Position numbers and translations under genes: made by a program. A stretch of 36,190 nucleotides of DNA from a virus. Lineage: Duplodnaviria; Caudoviricetes. Position 1 is the stretch's first letter; each line of letters opens with the position of its first letter. Below, one piece after another: positions 27,464-35,191 of this stretch. The notes under the pieces are model-generated. The model searched no databases. It saw only the letters and a program-made list of their open reading frames with translations, and was not told the DNA's origin. The stretch lies in the IMG/VR virus record IMGVR_UViG_3300014656_000074, positions 1-36,190 of that record; one strand, given 5' to 3'.

Positions 27464-28069
27464 ATGGCATCAGGTAAACGAGCACTAAAAGCACTCTTCG
27501 AAGGCCTAGGAGATACCATAGCTGGTACAGGTAAAGACTACGCTGATTCTAAATCAGACATTATGGGTAAGCTTACCATGATGAAGATAGCTGATATTAT
27601 GAGACAGTCAGATCCAGCGTACAAGCAACGAGTAGAACTTAACCAAAAGTCTTTAGATGAGCCAGGTTTTTATGATAAAGAGAAGTTCAGACAGGACTAT
27701 GATACAAGCCAACAAGCCATTAAGGACAAAGCATCTAGAGACCTTATAACCTTTAGATCACAGACAGCAGGAGAAGCACCTCCTACATTCAATCAGTTCT
27801 TGACTCAATGGCGTGTTATGAAGTCTGGTAATAAGGGGTGGATTGACAAAACCTTTGGTGGTACATTTAAGTCCCCAGAGGCCGAAATGGCAGAGGCTAG
27901 AGAAGCATATAACCGTACATACGGACAAGCAGCACAACCAGCCCCAGTGGCACAAGATCCTCAAGTAGCAGTGGCTGCTGGTAGAGTGCAAGAGTTAAGA
28001 TCTCAGGGTAAGTCAGATGAAGAGATAGCCCAAGTAATAGATACAGAGTTTCCAGGACTTGTTAAGTAA
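27464..28069 (+). CDS. Internal virion / DNA ejection protein
   Basis: Start moved to ATG 27464 (AAGGA SD); helical, position. Confidence 0.55.
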   Translation: MASGKRALKALFEGLGDTIAGTGKDYADSKSDIMGKLTMMKIADIMRQSDPAYKQRVELNQKSLDEPGFYDKEKFRQDYDTSQQAIKDKASRDLITFRSQTAGEAPPTFNQFLTQWRVMKSGNKGWIDKTFGGTFKSPEAEMAEAREAYNRTYGQAAQPAPVAQDPQVAVAAGRVQELRSQGKSDEEIAQVIDTEFPGLVK

Positions 28070-28074
28070 ACCCT

Positions 28075-30798
28075 ATGGCATCCACACTAGACTTCGTTAA
28101 AAGCGTTCCAGCAGAAACTCCTTCCAAGGCTCTAGACTTCGTTAAGAGTGTTCCTAAAGCTTCTGAAGAAGAGGAACAGTCCCCATTCATGGAGATCTTA
28201 GGAAAGGCTATGAAAGCCTATGATGCATATAAAACAGCAGCAGTAATCCCTAAACTACTGGAGACTCCTACCAAGTATGCTTTAGATGTTCCCGCAGCAG
28301 TAGCAGGAGCACAGATAGCTCATGCAGGTAAGAAGGCAGATCCACTACAAAAGCTATCAGATATAATCTTTCAACGTACTACAGAACCTAAGGATATAGC
28401 AAAAGCACAGAACATACAGTATGAGCCTAAGCAATCAGAAGCTTCTGGTATATTCCAGCGTATGGTAGAGAACATAAAAGAACGAGCTAAGACACTACCA
28501 GCACGACAGGCAGGAGCAGCATTTACTGGAGCAATGACCCTACCACAGATGATACTAAGCGGCATAATCCCTAAGAAATCCCCTAAAGTGGACTCATTCT
28601 TTAAGGAGATGGGACACGAATCTGGACTAAAAGCGCAGATTGCCGAAGGACAAGCTAAGTCTAAAGTTGCTTTTGATGAAATGGAAGAGGGTATTGCTAC
28701 AGCCAATAAGAACCTAAAGACGATGTTCCCCTCTAAGATACTTACTAGAAGACCAGTAAAGAACCCTTTTCAATCCAAGAAGTTTGATCTAAGTGAGAAA
28801 CCTCTGGGTGTTATTAAGGCCCCCAAGAACCCATACGAACTTATCAATAAACGCTGGACTCCTGGTACAGCAGTAAAGAGAACTCGTAACGAAATATCAG
28901 CAGTAGAAAAGCAGATAGCTACAGACCATATAGCCCGTAACAATCAGTTAGCTCTTTTTAATAAAAGCCTTAAATCAATGGGGGTAGATCCAGCCACAGT
29001 TCCTGGGGTATCCGACGAAGCCTTATCTGGTCTTAACGCCACAGAAGCCTTTGCCAAGATTGATGCAGCCCACTCTACCACACTAACTACTATCCCAGCA
29101 GCACTAGAAACAGCGAAGAACGCAGCAGCTAGACAAACAGCTACTCTGTATGGAGTAAGAAACATTATAACTAAACGTCTTAATACAGCAGGTGTGTCAG
29201 GCGTAGACGCTCTTAAAATGCTACGTGGCGAGATACCTCTTACTCCTGAGCTTCAGCCTCTTAAACCCCTAGTAGATAGAATGTCTAATGTTATCCATAC
29301 AATGGCAAAGAACAAAGGACATAAGATAGGTAAACTAGATGATTATATCCCCACCATGCGCCGTCTCAAGGTACATGTAGCTAATCCAGATAAGGTGGTA
29401 GTACCTTCACTGAAACAGCAACAGATGACCCTGGGAGATCTTATCCCAAGTACCGTCAAGCATAGAGCTAAACTAGCTAAACTTCCTAAAGAGGTGTATG
29501 AAGACGATCTCTTAAAGCTTATTGATAGACGTATCTGGGAGACCCATGTAGAAGCTCTATTAACTCCCGAACGAGTAGCACAGATCAACTATAATCGTGC
29601 TATACTAGGCTTAAAGGGTAAGACCAAGGAACTTAACTATCTGATGGATTACGTTAAGAGAACTACAGGCCTTTCCACTAGCTCTACCTACGAAGCTCCT
29701 ATAGAAGCTCTTGTATCCTCAGAGGGTCAACAGACCATGCAGCGTATTAGGGACGTAGTAGATGCTCAACAGCCTGGTATGGGTAAGCAGCTCTTACGTG
29801 ACATGAACAAGGTTATGTTCTCCTCTTGGATAGGAGCTAACCCAACTGCTCACATTAAACAGATACTACAGCCCATGTACGTAGGTTCTCCTGAGATAGG
29901 CATTAAATCAGTACTTAGAGGAATGAAACTTGCTGCTAAAACGCCTAGTAAGTATAAAGCAGTATCTGCCAGGTTTAAGCGTATCTTCTCTAAACCAGGC
30001 AGTATTAGGTTACTAGAGTCTAACGAAGATGTACAGGCCTTAAGCGGGTTTCATAAAGGCATAGATAAGATGACACAGGCTCTAATGAAGGGGTTTACTG
30101 GGTTGGACAGATACAACCGGTCAGCGATATCCCTTGGTGTATATGATGATATACTGCGTAATGGCCCTAAGGCGGTTCATTTAGAGGGATTGTTGCCAGG
30201 ACAAGCTCAGTACGTACAGGAAGGTCTTAAGGGCGGTATCAAAGAGTTTGCCTTTAGAGCAGGGCTTATGCGTACCTTAAGGGTAAACTACATATACTCA
30301 ATATTTGATAAACCACAGCTATTAGCTAATGCGCTTGGTGAGGCTATCCCGTTTACTACATGGTCTCGTAATACTATTAACCGTATGGTAGGCGATGCAA
30401 TGATAGGTAACACTACTCTAATGGCTAAACGGCTGGCATACCCCCTAATGATGAGAGAGGCCATTATCGCAGCTACTGGCTATGACGTACCTAACTCCCT
30501 ACCAATACAAGCCGCTACTGGTGCCTTTGATCTACAGCCTTACCCAGCTGTAACAGGCTTTATAGATAGACCAGACAAAGCACTACAACACGGAGCATCC
30601 CTTATACCAGGAGAACAGCGCATTGTAAAGACCTTAACAAGAGGTCCCGTTGAAGGTCTTACAGGCCTACGACAAGGATGGCACCCAGGACTACTACAAG
30701 TAGGACTACATCTTCTAAACTCTATGGAGGATACCCCTAAACCAGCTAGTACCTTAGACTTTATTAAAAGCATACCTAGACAGGAAGAGATGAAGTAA
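28075..30798 (+). CDS. Large DNA ejection/transfer protein
   Basis: 907 aa, helical, last of tail cluster; IPFTTW-type C-terminal region; terminal LDF.KS.P repeats. Confidence 0.65.
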   Translation: MASTLDFVKSVPAETPSKALDFVKSVPKASEEEEQSPFMEILGKAMKAYDAYKTAAVIPKLLETPTKYALDVPAAVAGAQIAHAGKKADPLQKLSDIIFQRTTEPKDIAKAQNIQYEPKQSEASGIFQRMVENIKERAKTLPARQAGAAFTGAMTLPQMILSGIIPKKSPKVDSFFKEMGHESGLKAQIAEGQAKSKVAFDEMEEGIATANKNLKTMFPSKILTRRPVKNPFQSKKFDLSEKPLGVIKAPKNPYELINKRWTPGTAVKRTRNEISAVEKQIATDHIARNNQLALFNKSLKSMGVDPATVPGVSDEALSGLNATEAFAKIDAAHSTTLTTIPAALETAKNAAARQTATLYGVRNIITKRLNTAGVSGVDALKMLRGEIPLTPELQPLKPLVDRMSNVIHTMAKNKGHKIGKLDDYIPTMRRLKVHVANPDKVVVPSLKQQQMTLGDLIPSTVKHRAKLAKLPKEVYEDDLLKLIDRRIWETHVEALLTPERVAQINYNRAILGLKGKTKELNYLMDYVKRTTGLSTSSTYEAPIEALVSSEGQQTMQRIRDVVDAQQPGMGKQLLRDMNKVMFSSWIGANPTAHIKQILQPMYVGSPEIGIKSVLRGMKLAAKTPSKYKAVSARFKRIFSKPGSIRLLESNEDVQALSGFHKGIDKMTQALMKGFTGLDRYNRSAISLGVYDDILRNGPKAVHLEGLLPGQAQYVQEGLKGGIKEFAFRAGLMRTLRVNYIYSIFDKPQLLANALGEAIPFTTWSRNTINRMVGDAMIGNTTLMAKRLAYPLMMREAIIAATGYDVPNSLPIQAATGAFDLQPYPAVTGFIDRPDKALQHGASLIPGEQRIVKTLTRGPVEGLTGLRQGWHPGLLQVGLHLLNSMEDTPKPASTLDFIKSIPRQEEMK

Positions 30799-30971
30799 TG
30801 ACACATCCCAACATACAACAACGACTAGACCGCATAGAAGATAAGATGGATGACCAGTTTGCTAGGGTCTTCAAGGAGCTATCACACCTAAGAGGTAAGC
30901 TCTACTTTGGTGCAGGATGTATTAGCGTAGCTGTATCAGTACTTATAGCGTATTTAAGGGGATGGTTATGA
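30798..30971 (+). CDS. Holin-like / XhlA-like protein (57 aa)
   Basis: Not in track: MTHPNIQQRLDRIEDKMDDQFARVFKELSHLRGKLYFGAGCISVAVSVLIAYLRGWL; coiled coil + C-terminal TM, coupled to both neighbours. Confidence 0.65.
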   Translation: MTHPNIQQRLDRIEDKMDDQFARVFKELSHLRGKLYFGAGCISVAVSVLIAYLRGWL

Positions 30972-31396
30972 AACTAACCAAGGAAGGTCTAGATCTAATC
31001 AAGAAGTTTGAGGGCCTGTCCCTTGAGGCCTACCGCTGCCCTGCTGGTCTGTGGACAATAGGCTATGGACATACTAAGTTTGTACAACAGGGAGATCAGA
31101 TTACTGAGAAAGAAGCCAACGCCTACCTTATTAAAGATCTACAGTGGGCAGAACATGTAGTAGACTACTCAATAGGTGTTCAGCTATCAGATAACCAGTA
31201 CTCAGCTCTTGTCTCTCTTGTCTTTAATATAGGTAAACAAGCCTTCTTAAGGTCTACCCTACGTAGATACCTTAATCATGGTAACTACCTACGAGCCGCT
31301 AATGAACTACTAAGATGGAATAAGGTAGGTACAAGAGTACTAAAAGGCCTAGAACGTCGTAGGAAGGCTGAGAAGGCCTTATTTGAGAAGGACTAG
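30968..31396 (+). CDS. Endolysin, GH24 lysozyme (no SAR anchor)
   Basis: FEGLSLEAYRCPAGLWTIGYGHT (E-x8-C-x5-T), ALVSLVFNIG, GLERRRKAEKALF. Confidence 0.95.
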   Translation: MKLTKEGLDLIKKFEGLSLEAYRCPAGLWTIGYGHTKFVQQGDQITEKEANAYLIKDLQWAEHVVDYSIGVQLSDNQYSALVSLVFNIGKQAFLRSTLRRYLNHGNYLRAANELLRWNKVGTRVLKGLERRRKAEKALFEKD

Positions 31397-31418
31397 GCCT
31401 TACCCCTTACTAGGGGTA

Positions 31419-31450
31419 GATCGTTCAATGGTGGGCCTATATGGAAGCCT
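31419..31450 (+). repeat. Dispersed bipartite motif copy 5
   Basis: GATCGTTCAA-tggtGGgcctat-ATGGAAGCCT. Confidence 0.85.
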
Positions 31451-31484
31451 CAGGTACCTTTAAAACAGGCTAATCGGAGTTATC

Positions 31485-32141
31485 ATGCCTAAGATAGAAG
31501 ACCTTATAAAAGCAATGGCTGGGGGTAATGATAACTATGGTATATTCCCTGATGATAATACTACTGATATGATGCCTATGTTAGATATGCTTATGGCTAT
31601 ATCAGGTACAGGTATGCCATTAGATCCTTCTACAGGAGCCATGCCTATTATAGACAATATGGGTAGAGCAAAGAAACCACAGGCTTGGATGGGTATTGGT
31701 CAAGGAGGAACCTCTGAAATAGGTACTAAAGCCAAAGTAGCCCCAGCTGACATATATGATTACCTTGTTAACACCAAAGGACTGTCCCATAATAAAGCAA
31801 TGGGTATACTACCAAACATACAAGCTGAGTCTGGGTTTAATCCTGGTATAAAAGAGAAGGGTGTTAGTAAGGGTGGGGTAGGACTATTCCAGCATACAGG
31901 ACCAAGAAGAGAAGGGCTATACAATGCCCATGGAGTACGTGATGCCTCCCAGATACCGTGGCAGAAGCAGGTAGACTATGCTCTATCAGAGCCTGAAGGA
32001 CAACAGTATCTAAACAGGACATATCAGAGCCCCGCTGAAGCAACTGGTAGGTTTCTAAACGTCTTTGAGAAGCCTAAGATACGTAACATAAATGAACGAC
32101 TTAAGTACCTTAGAGGCTTAGAGAAGGTGGTGCAAAGATGA
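31485..32141 (+). CDS. Phage tail-type lysozyme (Phage_lysozyme2-like) with low-complexity N-terminus
   Basis: AMGILPNIQAESGFNP, GVGLFQHTGPRR, QVDYALSE, FLNVFEKP. Confidence 0.85.
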   Translation: MPKIEDLIKAMAGGNDNYGIFPDDNTTDMMPMLDMLMAISGTGMPLDPSTGAMPIIDNMGRAKKPQAWMGIGQGGTSEIGTKAKVAPADIYDYLVNTKGLSHNKAMGILPNIQAESGFNPGIKEKGVSKGGVGLFQHTGPRREGLYNAHGVRDASQIPWQKQVDYALSEPEGQQYLNRTYQSPAEATGRFLNVFEKPKIRNINERLKYLRGLEKVVQR

Positions 32142-32323
32142 TATTAGTACTAGCAGAGCCTGTTAGATCAGGAACAGAATGGATACCAGTAGCTACAGCA
32201 GCTATACTAGGCATAGCAGGTCTTATAGCAGCTTTAAACTATTTGATAAGGCAGAGCAGTCTTTTAGCCAATACAGTGTGGGAGCTTACGGAGTATGGGT
32301 TTAAGAGGGGTGAGCAGGAATGA
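32138..32323 (+). CDS. 61-aa single-TM protein (holin/antiholin-like; candidate rhomboid substrate)
   Basis: TM segment VATAAILGIAGLIAALNYLI; ATGA overlaps on both sides. Confidence 0.65.
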   Translation: MILVLAEPVRSGTEWIPVATAAILGIAGLIAALNYLIRQSSLLANTVWELTEYGFKRGEQE

Positions 32324-32595
32324 TAACAGCAGCTATTGTAGGTGGGTTTCTAAAGAAGGCCTTGTGGAATAAGTATGCCCTGGTAGCAGGTCTTATGCTT
32401 GTATCCTTCATAGCTGGTAGTACATGGATGTGGAAGAGAATGGTACTTAAAGAGTCTCAGGCTGTTACCAGAGAGCTTGTAGAACATATAAGAGAGAAAG
32501 ACAAAGTAAAGGAGCATTATGAGAATCGTTTCGATGATGAGTGCATTCTTAGTGGAAGGGTGTCAATGCATAGTAAGGGCTGTAAGAAAGACTGA
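32320..32595 (+). CDS. Inner-membrane spanin (Rz)-like protein
   Basis: N-terminal TM then charged helical domain with C-terminal Cys residues; in lysis region. Confidence 0.5.
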   Translation: MITAAIVGGFLKKALWNKYALVAGLMLVSFIAGSTWMWKRMVLKESQAVTRELVEHIREKDKVKEHYENRFDDECILSGRVSMHSKGCKKD

Positions 32596-33184
32596 AGCTT
32601 TCTTAAATAAACCTAGATCAGCTCCATTAGGCTTAGGTACAGGCATTCTATTGTCTGTATGTGTATTCCTCTACTTCTATACAACCCCAATGTTTGGTCC
32701 AACCACCCTCAAAGGTGCAGAAGCCTTGGTAGTATATGAGATGTCCCCTTCTGTATGGTTGGTACTCTCTTCCTTCCTACACGGCAACTGTGCTCACCTT
32801 GTTGGTAACTTTGCAATCCTTGCTCCTTGTCTTCTCCTAATAGAGCGTAAGCTAGGCTGTATGCATGTCATCCTATTCTGGTTGATCTTAGCCTTAGTGC
32901 AGGGTGTTCTCTGTCTTCACTTTGGACAGGGCGGTATTGGCTCCTCTGCTGTTGCTTTTGGTACCCTTGCTCTAGCAGTTGGTTTATATACAAAGGGGAT
33001 TTATAGATTGATATTAGTACCGGGATTGGTATTCTTTATGTCAGAGATTGCTGTATGGTGGATACCTGATGGTATTGGTCATTTAGCTCATGGCTTGGGT
33101 TATGCTGTAGGCCTTATGTGGCTCCTCTGCCTCTCTCCTGAGATTAAAGACAAGGTGCCTTGCAAGAAGTGCTGTAATCATTAG
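32519..33184 (+). CDS. Rhomboid-family intramembrane serine protease
   Basis: Six hydrophobic segments; FLHGNCAHLVGN (HxxxxHxxxN), IERKLG, GSS143A, AH191GLGYAVG. Confidence 0.88.
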   Translation: MRIVSMMSAFLVEGCQCIVRAVRKTEAFLNKPRSAPLGLGTGILLSVCVFLYFYTTPMFGPTTLKGAEALVVYEMSPSVWLVLSSFLHGNCAHLVGNFAILAPCLLLIERKLGCMHVILFWLILALVQGVLCLHFGQGGIGSSAVAFGTLALAVGLYTKGIYRLILVPGLVFFMSEIAVWWIPDGIGHLAHGLGYAVGLMWLLCLSPEIKDKVPCKKCCNH

Positions 33185-33210
33185 TCCAATATTAGACCAT
33201 AATTAGACCA
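33180..33210. repeat. Three 9-bp direct repeats with 11-bp period
   Basis: ATTAGTCCA (33180), ATTAGACCA (33191), ATTAGACCA (33202). Confidence 0.7.
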
Positions 33211-33239
33211 AAGCCCCAACCGAAAGGAAGGGGCTTTTT
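33210..33239 (+). terminator. Intrinsic terminator at the convergence of the two arms (possibly bidirectional)
   Basis: AAAGCCCC-AACCGAAAGGAA-GGGGCTTTTT. Confidence 0.8.
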
Positions 33240-33264
33240 GTTTGGTCTCATCGGGCGGGGTACG

Positions 33265-33474
33265 TTACGTAATGCTAAATGGTACTGCTTCGTCCTTCTT
33301 AATCTTTTTAACTGCTGCATCAACTCCCTCAGTAGCTAATCGTCTCACCATATGGATATCCTGTATTCTATGGTTCTGAAGCGTACCAGGCTCTACTTCT
33401 ACAAATAGAACATTGTTATCCTCTAGCACCTTCTTAGCAACACCATCTAAACAGCCTTTCTCAATCATTAACAT
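33265..33474 (-). CDS. Hypothetical protein
   Basis: ORF track; AGGAGG SD. Confidence 0.7.
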   Translation of the reverse strand: MLMIEKGCLDGVAKKVLEDNNVLFVEVEPGTLQNHRIQDIHMVRRLATEGVDAAVKKIKKDEAVPFSIT

Positions 33475-33487
33475 TATTCCTCCTAGG

Positions 33488-33661
33488 TTATAAGTGACTT
33501 ATGTCTAAAGCAGCCTCAAACTCGTACATAAACTCATGGGCAGCAATTAACTGACACTTCAGCTCTTTTGCTTCTGCCATCTTATTAATCAACTCATACT
33601 CTTCATCAGTTAGCTCACTATAACGTATTACTCTAGATAACTCTTCTTTGTTTAGTCTCAT
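33488..33661 (-). CDS. 57-aa hypothetical protein
   Basis: Not in track: MRLNKEELSRVIRYSELTDEEYELINKMAEAKELKCQLIAAHEFMYEFEAALDISHL; GGAGG SD, ATGA overlap. Confidence 0.65.
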   Translation of the reverse strand: MRLNKEELSRVIRYSELTDEEYELINKMAEAKELKCQLIAAHEFMYEFEAALDISHL

Positions 33662-33921
33662 TTATCCTCCCAACACGGTGATATGCTTAGAGAGTCTCCC
33701 CACTCTTGGAGCTTAAGCATATTGTTTATGGCCCTTGTTAACATAGTATCACATACACAACCATTTGTGTCTATCTTAACATCTTCCATAACAGGATAGG
33801 AAGGTCTAGGTATCTTTAACAGATGGGGACGAGCACACCCAGGAGCAGTACAAATTAGAAACACCCCTAGTAATACCCATAATATAGTATAACAAGTAAA
33901 GAACCTTTTGTCATATTTCAT
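33658..33921 (-). CDS. Putative lipoprotein, outer-membrane spanin (Rz1)-like
   Basis: Start ATG 33921 (AGGAGG); hydrophobic signal then APG-C (imperfect lipobox), Pro-rich IPRPSYP, Cys pair, C-terminal helix. Confidence 0.55.
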   Translation of the reverse strand: MKYDKRFFTCYTILWVLLGVFLICTAPGCARPHLLKIPRPSYPVMEDVKIDTNGCVCDTMLTRAINNMLKLQEWGDSLSISPCWEDK

Positions 33922-33931
33922 TCTTCCTCCT

Positions 33932-34633
33932 TTAATCAAGATTAGTAGTATTGAACATAGCTATGCCGCCAACAGGAAATATGGCATCTCCATACCACCT
34001 AGATACCACACCTAATACTACCCCTCTATTGTCTACAACAGGGCTTCCAGACATTCCAGGCAATATGATGCCAGACACCCATGTCATTCTAAAGTTTAGA
34101 TCATCTGGTGTGATTCTCCATAACCTACTGTAATGAATGGCATCGCCCTTTAAGTCAATGGTTGTTCCTTTGACAGTGATGATCGCTTCATCAAAGTATG
34201 GCTGCACCGCCCACAACTCTCTATCCTGTAAGGTTCCATCATTAGGATACTTTATCCACCTTATGTCTCCTATCCTTAGATCAGTCGTATGTCTATTAGC
34301 TGTTCCAGGCAACCTGCATATATCAGTACCATTGGAATCACCATCGCTAACGTGCACTATAGAACTAGTATGTCTAGCGTTTCTATACATATAAGTTACA
34401 TACTTCTTGCCAGACACTTCCTGCACTCCAGCACTACAACAATGCAAAGCAGTCCAAACATGAGATACCCCTTTCCTGTCCTCAGCTATAAAACCACTAC
34501 AATAGGGTTCACTGTCTTTATCCACCAACAACACTGTTGATTTCATTACACTCTTAACCTTCCCTGGAACACCAGCTTCAGCTGTCCATGGAAAAAGACA
34601 TATGACCATTATTATGGACAATAGATACTTCAT
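33932..34633 (-). CDS. Secreted trypsin-like (S1) serine protease, no PDZ
   Basis: Start ATG 34633 (AGGAGGT); signal peptide ending AEA; CSGF, TALHC, DICRL, PGMSGSPV. Confidence 0.88.
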   Translation of the reverse strand: MKYLLSIIMVICLFPWTAEAGVPGKVKSVMKSTVLLVDKDSEPYCSGFIAEDRKGVSHVWTALHCCSAGVQEVSGKKYVTYMYRNARHTSSIVHVSDGDSNGTDICRLPGTANRHTTDLRIGDIRWIKYPNDGTLQDRELWAVQPYFDEAIITVKGTTIDLKGDAIHYSRLWRITPDDLNFRMTWVSGIILPGMSGSPVVDNRGVVLGVVSRWYGDAIFPVGGIAMFNTTNLD

Positions 34634-34718
34634 TCGACCTCCTTCAGGAATAGGCCTGAGAGTCCCATACTTGCCCTGTGTTGAACGTTCGTAGTCTTTC
34701 CTAGGGGTAACCCTACCA

Positions 34719-35054
34719 TTAACATATCTTACCCCCATGTCTTTTACTACGGGTCTTATTATAGGTCATCTTAACAGCCAAAGCATCGGCTAATGGTATA
34801 TTAAAAGCAGCACACACATCAAATACCCTTATTAATATGTCTGCCATCTCTACAGCCAAACCTTCAGGCTTCTTAGTAATACCATCATAGGCTATGCTTG
34901 TGCCTTTATCTCCTACCCTAAAGGCTTCTAAGGCTTCAGATACTTCAGAATGGATAAGAGCAAGACATTCAGGAATACCCCTGCTCTCTTCCCACCAGCC
35001 TTTATCAACTGCTGTAGCATGAGCCTTTTGACACATCCTGTCAAGAGTCTTCAT
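34719..35054 (-). CDS. MazG-like nucleotide pyrophosphohydrolase
   Basis: LALIHSEVSEALEAFR...EMADILIRVFD...KMTYNKTR..RHGGK. Confidence 0.85.
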   Translation of the reverse strand: MKTLDRMCQKAHATAVDKGWWEESRGIPECLALIHSEVSEALEAFRVGDKGTSIAYDGITKKPEGLAVEMADILIRVFDVCAAFNIPLADALAVKMTYNKTRSKRHGGKIC

Positions 35055-35175
35055 AGGAATCCTTTCCTGGTAGTGCACTAAACACCTTCTCCAGTAAGTT
35101 AAACGCTGCCTGCTCTCTGCTCCATTCTACAGATACCTCGTCTAGTGCCTTAAGAAGAAGCTCTTTTGTAATCAT
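35041..35175 (-). CDS. 44-aa hypothetical protein
   Basis: MITKELLLKALDEVSVEWSREQAAFNLLEKVFSALPGKDSYEDS; GAGGA SD. Confidence 0.55.
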   Translation of the reverse strand: MITKELLLKALDEVSVEWSREQAAFNLLEKVFSALPGKDSYEDS

Positions 35176-35191
35176 TACTTCCTCAAAGACC

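Noticed and set aside
8725-30821. Antisense and alternative-frame track ORFs inside late genes
   Set aside because: Shadow ORFs of biased codon usage, without SD or recognisable motifs
8546-33184. Stop-codon reassignment or capsid readthrough
   Set aside because: Core genes are full length in code 11, all three stops are used, and the capsid gene ends in tandem TAA TAG
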